Shown: positions 26,161-38,359 of the stretch, piece by piece
Position numbering within the stretch: the stretch's first letter is position 1
Layout of the letters: each line of letters begins with the position of its first letter
Origin: Eukaryota sp. GEM-RC1
Lineage: Eukaryota
Length of the DNA: 64,000 nt
Assembly: GCA_040285855.1 (NCBI GenBank)
Contig: JAUFOQ010000010.1
Location: 310,001 to 374,000 of the forward strand
Direction: 5' to 3'
Program-made: the position numbers and the translations under genes
The notes under the pieces: model-generated
Seen by the model: only the letters and a program-made list of their open reading frames with translations
Database searches by the model: none
Told to the model about the DNA's origin: nothing

Positions 26161-29100
26161 ATGCTTCAACCTCCACTTAAGAAGAGTCGTTCATCAGATT
26201 ATTCTGCATCAGTTTATGATCAGCCACTCCTTCATGAATATTCTTTCAATCCTATCCGTCTCCAACAGTCTTTGTTGATGCTTATTCATTCTCATTTCTT
26301 CAGCCGGATCTTAAAGTCTTCAACTGCACTTAATGACAACGAATTGCGTCGATCTCCTCGTCGTTTCTATAAGAAACTCCGCTCCTCCTTTCTCAAAGTT
26401 GGCTGCCGTCCAGCAGTTAAAATGTTTTTCGAAGCAAACACGGTTCCTGTCGATTCTAAAGACCTGGACCTACTTACTTCTTTCGCTTCTCTTTTTGGAG
26501 CTACAATTCGATCTGTTCGTTTGTATGTAGACGAATACTCTGTAGTTGAGGACATTCTTGAGTTTACTTGTATTATAACTCATTTAAACGCAGCTGATTC
26601 CTCATTTATACATCACCTAGTTGACCGTTCTTCTTCTCATTTCTTTCCACGTCTTCGAGTTCTTGAAGTTACTAAGAAGCCATATGATGATTCTTTTATT
26701 TCTCTCTGTAAATCTTTAAGGCTTAATACAACTGTTTCAGAATTCAATCTTAACATTATTTCTCTTTCTTCTCTTGACACAGTTTCTCTTGCAGACGTGT
26801 TTTGTTTAAATAACACCTTGGAGAAAGTTTCTCTAGCTTCCAATAGTTTACTTAAAGATGCTGATTGTCTGACTCTGTTTACTGCCATTTCAAGCAATTC
26901 AATTATTAAAATTGTTGATTTATCTGGTCTTCGTATCCGAAACTCTTCTGTCATTTCACCACTTCTAACAAGTTCTAGTCTTCGAATTGTTGATTTTCCT
27001 CGGAATTGTAGACTTGATTCTACATTAATTAATGGACTCAAAAATAATTCGTATCTTCGGGAAGTATCTATCTTGGATACCGTTTTTAATATTAATGATA
27101 TCGTTAATGTTTTAATTTCGAATAGATTTTTAAAGAAATTGGAGTTGAATGATTGTTCAGCAATTCCCAGTACTCTTGTACCAAATCTAGGTCATCTCAT
27201 TTTAATTTTTGAATCAATATATTGTGGGAAGTTAGTAGCAAATTTTGATGTTTGTTCTAATTTTATTACTCTTTCACATGGTACCATTCATTATCCAAAC
27301 GAGATTGATGATGATGATTTAGCGTCACTGCTAAAATTCTTAAAGGCAAACGTTCCTATTCAACGTGTCGAATGACTTGGATTGAAAAGTCTAAGTCTAG
27401 AGGGACTAATTACTTTATTTGAAATTTTTTCCATTGAGAAATCAGTGATCGATTGTAATGTTTCTCCTCACTTTATTGATGTTGAAAATGGTGTATTTTG
27501 CTTTTCACCAACTACTTTTACCAAAATCAATGATAAAACCATGACCTCTTTACACTGTTTGTTAAATCGTGTGGAAATCAATGAGCTTGCTCTAAAAAGC
27601 TGCATTTTCACCATGAATGCACTTACTACTTTGTGTCAATTGATTCAGGAAACTAGGTCTTTGACTTCTGTTGACTTCAGTGAATGCAAACTTTCTAATA
27701 CCATAATTCTTCAATTGATTAATGCCCTTCAATCAAACTCTAACTTAATTAAAGTCAATCTCAGTAACAAATTAATTGAGTTTCATGAGATTTTGACGAT
27801 TTTTGACTTGGTTTCGAGTGGTAAATTAACATCAAATGTCGAAGTTACCCTCCATTCTATTGATTTTGTTCTTGCACACATTCGTTATGACGGCGAGATT
27901 GGAAATGACGATTTAATTTCACTTTTAAAGGCTTTAAAGTCCAATGTTCCAATCAAACGTGTCGAATGTAGAGGATTGAGAAATCCAAGTATTGATGGAG
28001 TTATTGCTTTATTTGATCTCTTTTCTAATAACCACTCGGCAGTAGATTTTGATTTCTCCATCAACTTGATTCCCTCTGAAATTACGGTGGATGGTACTGA
28101 ACTATGTGCACTTTTCAATGCTTTAAAAGCAAACGTGATCATTAAAGGTGTTGATTCCCGTGTATTAAAAAATCAAAATCTACAGGGAATCATTACATTA
28201 TTTGAATTTCTTTCAGTTAACAACTCAGTCATGCGAATTGATGTTTCACCTCATTTTATAGATATTGAAAAGGGAATATTTTGTTTTTCGCCAGAAAGTT
28301 CAACCCAAATTACCGCTACAGAACTCTCTTCTTTGCAGTGTTTGTTACAGTCTTTTAACGTGAAAGAGTTTGCTCTGAATAAGTGTTTATTTACTGACGA
28401 AACAGTTTCTATATTATATGATCTAATCGAGGTCAATAATTCATTGACTTCTGTTGACTTTAGTGATTGTAAAATTTCCAAGTCGAAAATTCTTCAATTG
28501 ATTCATGCCTTTCACTCCAAACCTAAATGTATTAAAGTCAATCTCAGTAATACTCTAATTGATTTTCAAAATCTTTTAACTATTGCTGAGTTGGTTTCGA
28601 CTCACAAATTAACACCAAATGTCGTTGTTTCACCTCATTCTTTAGATTTTTCACTTGGCTGTATTCGTTATGACAATGAAGTTACAAATGAAGATTTAAT
28701 TTCACTTTTGAAAGCTTTGGAATCAAATGTTTCAATCAAACGTGTTGATTGTCGTGGATTGAACAGTCCAAGTGTTGAAGGAGTAATCACGTTGTTTGTT
28801 ATCTTTTCAAATTTCGAATCGATGGTAAGTCTTGGTTTTGTTCCAAATTTAATTTGTGGTGAAACAATGACTAGCAGTAGTATGTTAATATCACTTTTAA
28901 ATGCTTTAAACTCAAATGCTATCATTAAAGGTGTTGATTCCCGTGTATTAAAAAATCAAAATCTACAAGGACTGATTGCATTATTTGAATTTCTTTCTGC
29001 AAACAAATCATTTAAAAGAATTGATGTTTCACCTAATTTTATAGATATTGAAAAGGGAATATTTTGCTTTTCACCAGAAAGTTCAACTCAAATCACTGCT

Positions 29101-31295
29101 GAAGAAGTTTCGTCTCTACAGTCTTTATTGGAATGTATTAGCATTAAAGAGCTTACTATTAAGCAATGCATATTTACTGATACAGCAATCACTGCTTTGT
29201 GTGATTCAATTAAGAACAATTCGTCATTGTCTTCTGTTGAGTTCAGTGAGTGCAGAATTTCTAATGACATGACACGTATCCGATGTTTTCATTTATGTTG
29301 TTCATCAAAACAGGAAAATACCACCATAAAATTCAAAGAACTATTGGCGGTGTTTTGTCTTTTTCAACACATAATTCGCTGCAGCGCATGTGCATTGATG
29401 ATCATCAAATCAATTTTGATCGCCGTGTTATCAGTTTCAATAACTGGATTTTTAAATGTTGATATTTATGAACTCTTGAAACTTTTGAAATCAAATGTTC
29501 CTATTGATCGTGTTGAATGTCTTGGTTTAAGAAAACCAACTCTTAAAAGTCTTTTAGTTTTGCTTGAAATTCGGTCTATTAAGAAATCACTAATTGATCT
29601 AGATGTTTATCCTCACATTATTGATGTTGATAATGGCGTGTTTTGTTTTCCAACACCACAGTATTCCACGAAAATACATCCTCGAGAAATCGCGTCATTA
29701 AATCGTTTTTGTATCAAAGAGTTTACTCTAAAGAAATATACGTTTACTGAAGCATGCTTTATTGCTTTTTGTAATCTAATCAAGGTCAATCAGTTGTTGA
29801 CTTTTATTGACTTAAGTGATTGTAATCTTTCTAATGAAAATGTGTCAAAACTAATCAATGCACTTCAATCAAATTTTCGATTAAAAACCATCATCTTAAA
29901 CAATAATTCCATTGAGTTTCAATGTTTATTAACCATGATGGAAATGATATCGACAAAACAATTACCTGCTAATATTCAAGTTGTTCCTCATTCAATTGAT
30001 GTTAGGAATGGTGTGTTTTGTTTTTCGCCAAACAAGTTCACACATATGCATATGACTGTCCAAGACGTTTCATCTCTAAAGTCCTTGATGAAGGGTTTTA
30101 GTATCAAGGAGCTCTCTCTTAAACGATGTGCCTTTACTCAGGACGCAATTACTGTATTGTGTGATTTAATTAAGGCCAACAAAGATTTGACTTGTGTTGA
30201 CTTCAGTTATATTAAAATGTGTCAACCAATTTCATCACTTCAAGATTCAAGCGGTGGCTGTGACTATTACTCATCGATCGGCCAATTGTCTGATATTAAT
30301 TTCTTGAAATTAATCTCGACACTTCACTATAGCTGTAATTTACAAAAAGTCGATTTTAGGCATGCTTCTATTGGACTCAACAGCTTGTTAACCATTTTTG
30401 AGCTGGTTTCAACAAACAAATTCATATCCAATATTGATATTGCTCCCCATGTCATTAATACTAAAAATGGTGTGCTTGGCTTTTCACCAGAATGGCTTAC
30501 CGTAATCACTGCAGAAGAAGTTTCGTCTTTAGACACTTTTTTAAATTGTTTCGGTGTCAAGCACCTTAAGCTGAAAAATTGTAATTTTGTCAATGAATCA
30601 TTGATTTTGTTGTGTGATTTAGTTAGCACCAATATTGCTTTGACTTCTGTTGACCTTCATTTTTGTCGACTGTCTAATGACATCAATTTTTTCCGAAGTT
30701 GTCATTGTAACTCTTCTTTAAAACAATTGAGTGTCAATGGTTCCCCTGTAGAGTTCCAAAACCTATTGGATGTTTACCTTCTATTTTCAAAACATGACTC
30801 GATACAATTGATTACTATTGATGATCATTTGCTCGATTTTAATCATCATAGCATCACTTACAACAATTGGATATCAAGTGCAAAGTTAGTACCTCTTCTA
30901 AACGTTTTAAATGTCGTGGTTTGAGAGACCTCACTTTCAAAGGTCTTGTTTATTTGTTTATAATTCGTTCTATTGACAAATCAGTGACTGATCTTTTGCC
31001 TCAACATGTCGACGTCGAAAATGGTGTGTATTGTTTTTCTCCTTCTCGTACTTCTGCCAAAATCTCTCATAGAGAAATCTCATATTTAAAATGTCTGTGT
31101 ATCAGAAAGCTGTCTTTACTGAACTGTAATTTTACTGATAGTGGCGTTGTTGCTTTGTGTGATTTATTGAAAGTTAGTAAGTTCTTGATTTCTGTTGACC
31201 TACGTGGTAGTAATCTGTCTAATGACAATTGTTCCAAACTTTCTGATGCACTTCGATCCAACTCCAGTTTAACAGCAGTTGGTCTCATTAATTAA
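26161..31295 (+). CDS. Very large composite-repeat LRR protein (in-frame TGA at 27373-27375, frameshift near 30900)
   Basis: ORFs 26161-27375 and 27382-30924 are in the same frame, separated by TGA at the conserved Cys of RVEC.GL; multiple NVPIKRVEC / PHxIDVxNGVFCFSP / SLTSVDFS units; internal 783-bp duplication. Confidence 0.8.
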
Positions 31296-32519
31296 ATATT
31301 ATTTACTATAGTTTATTGTTATATGCCTCAGTATCGAAATTCTTTTTACTTGCTCTGTAATTTATTTTTACTACACCAAACGGTTTAATTGGTTTTGGAC
31401 CAGACTAATTTTTACAACTTTACAAAATAATTATGTAGCCTAAGACCAGACTAAAAGTAATTTTTATAAAATTAAAATAATTTGGATTGCTGTTTGTTTG
31501 CATCATTAGAATTGATATGCTTCTTACGTCTGTGTTTGTCAGATGCAGAGAGAGATTGTGTCCAATTCTTTTAACTTTACGTTGTTGAAACACGAATACA
31601 AAATACCACTTCCTTCTCCACTTAAACATTGTTATGAACACGACAATGGAGATCAGTTTGTCTGAATGTTTTGAATCCGTTGGAGTTCAAGCAGAGTTTA
31701 TCTGGAGAAGAGGCTTTGCTTAACAGGGAAAAAGAAACTGATTTTGACATGTTCATGTTGGAAAAAGTTCAAGAATAGTTAGTGATGATACCTGCAAAAC
31801 AATGTCTGACGACGAAGATATCGATAATATGTTGGAGATTGTGAAGCCTCCTGCGTGTAAATACACGCAGCATTGATCTATATAGATAGTCCTATAGTAA
31901 GTTTTACAGACAGTTCTTCTACAATAAATAAATACAAAAGTTATTACACATAATCTAATTTTGTCCAGACTGATGAAGTTGTGATTTGTGTGATTGCAAA
32001 CTATGGTTAAAAGCAGGGCCTCGAAAAATTGAATACAATTATTTGAATACATTGGTATGAAACATTGATTGGTTAAATTTAAGACATTGGAATTGGCATT
32101 GTCAATCAGATCAATTCTTCCAGGCCCTGGGTTGAAAGGTTCACGAAAAGTAGGTGTGTAACAATGTGATGATGAAAATAGAACAAAGTTTATGTTAAGA
32201 ACTGTCGTACAATGGCATAAACAGAAATAATAATCGGAACTAACATCGCAAAAAGTGGACATGCAACAACGCGCTTAATGGAAGGGTAAATGGTAGATCT
32301 ACTCCTACAATTTCACGTTAAGCTATTTAAACGCAACACCCAACACTCAAAAGATCTGCCAAAGCTCTAGCACCTCCATCTCCAATAGCGTTGCCCCACA
32401 TCTCAATTTTAGCCAGATTTTAGACGAATTTGTTTGCTTTTATACTTGAAGAATCATCGGCAATCCATGACTTCCTGAATACATTCTTCTTGGTTCAACG
32501 TTCTAAATACACATGTAAT

Positions 32520-33470
32520 TTAACAGGAATCATTGCTACAATCGGAGAGGCTAATATCAATATATTGATTGAATAATCAACGGTTATTTGATCCCAAATA
32601 AAACAAGCTCTTAGATTCATCTCAAATTTAAAAGAAGTCAATCTTATTAATTCTTCCGTTGGTTTTAAATTTATCTTGTCCTTTTTGAATTGATTGCAGC
32701 TGCCAAATTAAGACTATACTTTAAAATTTGTTGTCATTCTGGAAATTTTTGTCAGGGTTTCATTTCGTATCACAACAGGAATCATTGCCACGATCGGAGA
32801 GGCTAATATCAATATATTGATTGAATAATCAACGGTTATTTGATCCCAAATAAAAAAAGCTCTTAGATTCATCTCAAATTTAAAATTGATTGCAGCTGCC
32901 AAATTAAGACTATACTTTGAAATTTGTTGTCATTCTGGAAATTTTTGTCAGGGTTTCATTTCGTATCAAGAGGAAGCTCTAAATTCTGATTTGTTTCTAC
33001 TGGAAAAAGCATTAAATGCAAACGTTCGTATTAAACGTGTTCAATTTCTTGGGTTAACAAGGCCAAGTTTACAAGGACTCATTGTTCTATTGCAAATTCT
33101 GTATATTCACAAATTGAAATTGATCGTGATGTTGCTCCTCATATTGTTAATGTTGAAAATGCTGTATTTTGTTTTTCACCACAAAAATACACACCAGTGA
33201 CTGCTGATGATGTTACATCCTTACAATGTGTGTTAAATTATTGTAGTATCAAACAGCTTACTCTTAATAGATGTTATTTCACCAAGGAAGCAATCACTAT
33301 TTTGTGTGATTTAATTAGAGTCAATAAGTCACTTATTTCTGTCAATCTGAGTCATTGTAATCTTGACGATGACGCAGCTCCAGCTTTCGCTCATGCACTG
33401 GAAGTAAACACTTCGATCGAAAGTATTGATCTAAGCGACAATTCTTTTGGTAGTGAGAAAGTGCAATGAC
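32520..33470 (+). pseudogene. Degenerate 3' fragment of the composite-repeat LRR family with a local ~250-bp tandem duplication
   Basis: NVRIKRVQFLGL, IKQLTLNRCYFT, LSDNSFG; 32523-32632 recurs at ~32775-32885 and 32690-32771 recurs at ~32886-32968. Confidence 0.7.
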
Positions 33471-33729
33471 GTTCAAAACTTCTACTCTTGAACGTGTAGT
33501 GTATCCTCGTGATTGTAGACTGCATAAGTGAAGAAAGTTGACCATAAAAGTACTGTATAGTAAATTTAAACTGTCAAGTCATTGGTTATCAGTATCAATT
33601 CATTGAATGAAAGTCATACATAGTCAATATTCCTCTGTGTTCTGTTGTAGTAAACCATTTGCTTTTTCCAACATCAATATTTTAAAATTATATATGTTAA
33701 ACTCCATTCTGTTCCTTTCAGTTTTTTGT

Positions 33730-34545
33730 TCTTTTATAAAACAGTAATTATAGAACTCAACTTTATCACATCCTTCGATGTTAACCATTGATGACCATTT
33801 ACTCAAATTTGGTCACCATCTAATTATTTACAAACAGTGGATGTCAAATACAGCTTTCGATTCACTTTTAGATGTCGTAGTACACTGAGTGAAAACTCAA
33901 AATTCTTTTCATGTGCTTAAATGTCCAATTTGGGGTATTGAAATAGATTAACATGTATCAATGTAATAAAGTAGTGGTGTTTGTGTGACGTCGATTTTTA
34001 AAAGACATTGTGTTAGTTTCACATAAAAACCACATCACAACTAACAACAATCAGTGTTGATCTAATTCTTTATAGTAACTTCCAAAATGGTACGAACAAA
34101 TCTTGATGATAAGCAAAGACGAATTGAATGTATAACCGAAAACCAAGAATTGACGAAATTCACAGATATGAGTATGCAACAGGATAAAGAAATTAGTGAA
34201 AGATCTTGATTATGTGTCCGCATCACAATTTAACAACAGTTTACACCGCACTTTGACATAAACAGGTCACAAACCTAGTTCGACAGAATCATGGATTATT
34301 CGGAATCAATTTGATTGGTGTTTGATCACATTGAGTACATATAGTTGCATCAGAATCTACAGCACATCTACTGCACTGACCCTACACGGCAAATCTTTTG
34401 GTATGAATAGTAAACACTGTTTCTTGTATTCTTTGATCAACTTTAGTTGACACAAACAACTGGTAACTATTATACATACTAAAAAAAATACGCATTGAAA
34501 GCAAATTGAAATTGGACTTGTTCAAAATGATTTGAAAATGTAAAG
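33730..34545 (+). repeat. Dispersed diverged duplication, copy 1 (copy 2 at ~63050-63873)
   Basis: Long shared blocks such as CATCACAACTAACAACAATCAGTGTTGATCTAATTCTTTATAGTAACTTCCAAAA and GTTCGACAGAATCATGGATTATTCGGAATCAATT. Confidence 0.85.
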
Positions 34546-36061
34546 AAAGCAGAAGACCTATACAATGCTACAAAAGGAATTCAAAACATGCAGGACTTTA
34601 CAGATGAACTGATTCAGGAACTTCTCTTGGGTGATCAGGAAGGAACCAACAGATCTGTCGGTTGCCTTGATGAAGTAGGAACCCTCTTGTTTTATGACGG
34701 AGTCGACCACTTCCCTCAATTCTGGAGATATTATGACCTTAAATGATATATGTGTAGACCCATGGAATTTGTACAATTGTTTACGGTACGCAGCACGAAA
34801 CCTACACTTAAGATTAAATGATGAGAGTTGTAGGCTTCTTGTTGTCGTCCCAGGAACTCATCCTGATCTTCAATCCCAATTTCCTGATCCTGTTATTGTT
34901 TCCAGTTCCAGCCTACTTACAGCACCCAAATTCAACATTCTTCAAATTGCAATCTGCAAAACCCATTCGTCCGTTGGTAAATGTCTATCAGCAATTAGAT
35001 ATCCGACCTTTGCTGGGTGACAATAGCTCTGTAGACTTCTACGAAAGATGTATTTCCTTTTGTTGTATTACAGGAATGCACTGTTCCAACGTCCTTGCTG
35101 GTTGTCTATTGCAAAACTATGTAAAACGAAGGATGTACTCTCAACCGTTTTTTATACGCTATTGACCATAAGATTGACTTATTTCAGAAAAAGAGTTTTC
35201 CTCCATCGAATCATGTGTACTACCTCTCTGCTTATTTGGTTCAACTCTTCAAAGCTCCATCATCTCACACTTAATTCAGTTCTTATTCCTCGTATTACAG
35301 CAGTCAATAGTATTTAGTAGTTTTCATCAGTTTTGTAGCTTCACTGTCGACCAATGGCGTCATCATTATGGAAAAGAGTAGTATGTTTGACAATCTTTGA
35401 TCTGGACAGGAATATCAGCGAGCTTAGTGGAGTTATCCTTGACAGTGGTTTGGATGTTTCTCTCATTGGTGAACGACTGGAACTTGTTGTTTTGACAATT
35501 TTCAATTTTATGATACAGGATTGTATTAAATGATTGTTATCTAGTACCGACAGGAACCTGCAATTCTGCTCTCTACATGACGTTTTTTCAAAGAAGTGTG
35601 ACCGCCACGATTTAGTTTCCACTATTGAACAAGATGAACTACAAGACCCAAGCAGTTCTTATGTCTTTCAATACCTTCCCGACTCTGAAGACGAATCTTT
35701 GTCTGAACAAACAAATCTTCGTGATTGGTTTGTGTCTATTCTACAACCTTGAAAAAAGGTTACTCTTCGTACGTTGGATGTCATTTGCATCAAGGATGGA
35801 GAACCACATGATATTGAAAGGATGTTACTGTTTGTTCTTGTTTAAAGGGTCACATTTCAGATGACACGTGTAAATCGATCGTTTGATTTCCTTGTTCCAA
35901 TTATCAAACGTCAAGATGGATGTGATTTTCCGAGTGTGTTGATGTATGTACAGCTAAAGTTGACAATTCTCAAAGAAGAATCCAATTTTTCCCAGTGTTT
36001 GTGCAGAGTCAAACTTGGAATGATTTTGTTCTCCGTTTTCAGCAGATCCCAAAAAATTTAG
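34340..36061 (+). pseudogene. Heavily fragmented gene, possibly P-loop NTPase plus PD-(D/E)xK nuclease (Crinkler/RHS-effector-like)
   Basis: Coding-like fragments in shifting frames: LHGKS remnant, SGLDVSLIGERLELV, and FDFLVP...LMYVQLK resembling a D...QxK nuclease motif. Motif similarity is weak. Confidence 0.3.
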
Positions 36062-37836
36062 CACCGAATCTGAAAACTGTCTGATACTAGCTTTTTCTTA
36101 GGGTTTGTAACAACCATTATGGCCTTTTCACTGACTATTTTGATAGTATTCCTTGATATCAAATTATTATGAATATCATAACAATGTGTTTGTTCTGCTT
36201 CAATGAAGAAAAACTTAGTGACAAATTTCTATTACATTTGATTCCTTCATTTGATTGAATAGTTCAAGACGAATTGTTCACTAATTTTAACAATGACTTC
36301 AGTTTCAGCTTTCCCTGTTGAACTTTATCTATAATCTATATAATTTCTATCAACATCCTAACAATTGCAAGTAGGATTCAAGAATAGAGTAGGAGCTTGT
36401 GAGACAAAAGAATAAAAAGGTTTTACTAGAGAAACTCCTTTATATAGAAAAACACCTAAAAAGACTCGACAAATCCTAGTGTTTGAATTTTGGTGTTGAA
36501 TTTTAACACTTCTGCCAATGTGTTTGCTTCTTCAACTTCAAAAATAAGGTTGTCCGAAAGATGAATGAATGTATTTCCCAACAATAACTTAAATGTTTAA
36601 GTCAATTAGGTTCAGTTGCCTTGAGTACAGTGGTAGTCCTCGAGGTTCATTCATTAGCCCAAAAACAAGGAACTATTATTTTAAGTTGCAGTACCTCAAA
36701 TGATTGACTGGGATGTAAGTAATCCAATCAGACATCATTAGAAACTGTCGATCCTTTATGGAAATAATTTGAAGTTTATAGTCTTCGTCTTGTTCTTCTA
36801 TAATTCCTCCAAACACTGTTGAAACCGCATTTTGAATCTTGGCATCGTAATAATGTCAGATACGTCATACATCACTAGTTTTGATCAACATATGTTAAGC
36901 TGAAAAAATGATGGGGTTTTGCAGAAGATTATGCCTTAAGATCTTCATAATGTTAAACTCTGCAGGGATGGTTCATATTTGGCAAACAGAAACGAAGCAC
37001 GTTGTTACAAATCACGAACAAACAGTGATTCATGAGACAGTGTTCTGACAATGTTGACAGAAGCAGATGAGAATCGAACTCAGGTTATATGTCTATTTTG
37101 ATTGAACATATCCCTTCATTTCGTTGATTCACTCAGAAATCTGACAATTTCACTATCAAGTTTAAGCCAGTTCTAAGAGAGAAAGTGATAGAACAATCGG
37201 TGTGATATCTCCTAAGTATATCCGAGTGAGTTGAAGTGAGCTAGAATTTGTTATACAAGAGGAAGAAAGTGCAGGACCAGTGTTGAAAAGGTCTTTGGTC
37301 GGATCTCCTAATGGTCTCGACGTTTGGTGAATCAGTTTACGAGCGTAACTCAGCAAGATCTCTTGAACGTTTTGAATGATGTATTTGATTAAAGTCGCTC
37401 AAAACAGAAGTCTAACATGAGACAGACCGTGTTACATCATCCAATTGACACTTCGAAATCAGTATCTGTGGGTTACAAAGACACGACATGTATAATTGAA
37501 AAAGATACCGTTTGACACGCTGACTCGGTGTTAAAAATTTCATTTGTTGTTTCAAATCCAAAGAAGATATTCATTAATGTCTTAATGTCTTGCAACCCTC
37601 GTTAATGTCACGTCACCACTAATCTTCAAGGGTGCTGGATCCATCACCTCTACTTATTTATTATTATTAATCAGGCGTCTGTATTGGGGAAAACAATTTT
37701 AGAACAGTTGTTTATATAATCTGTTCCATTGAATTGATTTTTTAGTTATCTTTCTTAATTTTCGAATGATGAGAGTAACTTTCATCATTATTGTTTGTTT
37801 AAATGCAATTTCGAAGATTAGCTAACATTACTTAGG

Positions 37837-38300
37837 TTACTTATATCTTCTTTCAGTGTTCTCATTATTAATCATCTTTATCAATCCATTTTTTAGTGCT
37901 GGTAACACATTGATTACCACCAGTAAAAACAAATATACAACATTCAAATCAAGACTATACAATAGACCAAATGTTGTTTTCTCACACCATTTGTTGAACC
38001 AAAAGGGAATGTAGGGTTTCAATTCTGGGAAACGTGACGTTGTATTGATTTTGAAACTTGACAACGTGATACAAGAAAGGGAAATGTATCTAAATGAAAA
38101 TCATAACTCACAAACAATCGTGGGCAATGTTGAGTAATGAAGGAAATGAAGTTTTCAAGCATAATTGATTCACTGCTTGAGATATGTAAGGTACAGAAAT
38201 CCAAATTTGTAGTGTCAAAATTGCCATAGGAAAATATGTGTTTTTCACTATGCTCATTGTGATCAATGATCTGGATGGAAATTGAAACAGTTGGGTCAAC
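37837..38300 (-). pseudogene. Degenerate domain resembling the family-B DNA polymerase 3'-5' exonuclease, copy 1
   Basis: DPTVSISIQ...ESIMLENFISFITQHCPRLFVSYDFHLDTFPFLVSR...WFNKWC...YSLDLNVV; homologous to 41369-41830. Confidence 0.45.
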
Positions 38301-38359
38301 AGAAGAATCACGTTTAACTTCTAATTGATTTTCAGCTTCACCTTCAACAGTTTCAGTAT

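Noticed and set aside
31420..32460. ORFs 31420-31641 and 31753-32262 and a small minus-strand LRR scrap (GNAIGDGGARALADLL, ~32345-32410)
   Set aside because: No coherent gene or recognisable domain; too fragmentary to call.
36100..37700. Possible decayed coding sequence on the minus strand
   Set aside because: No motif could be recognised with confidence.
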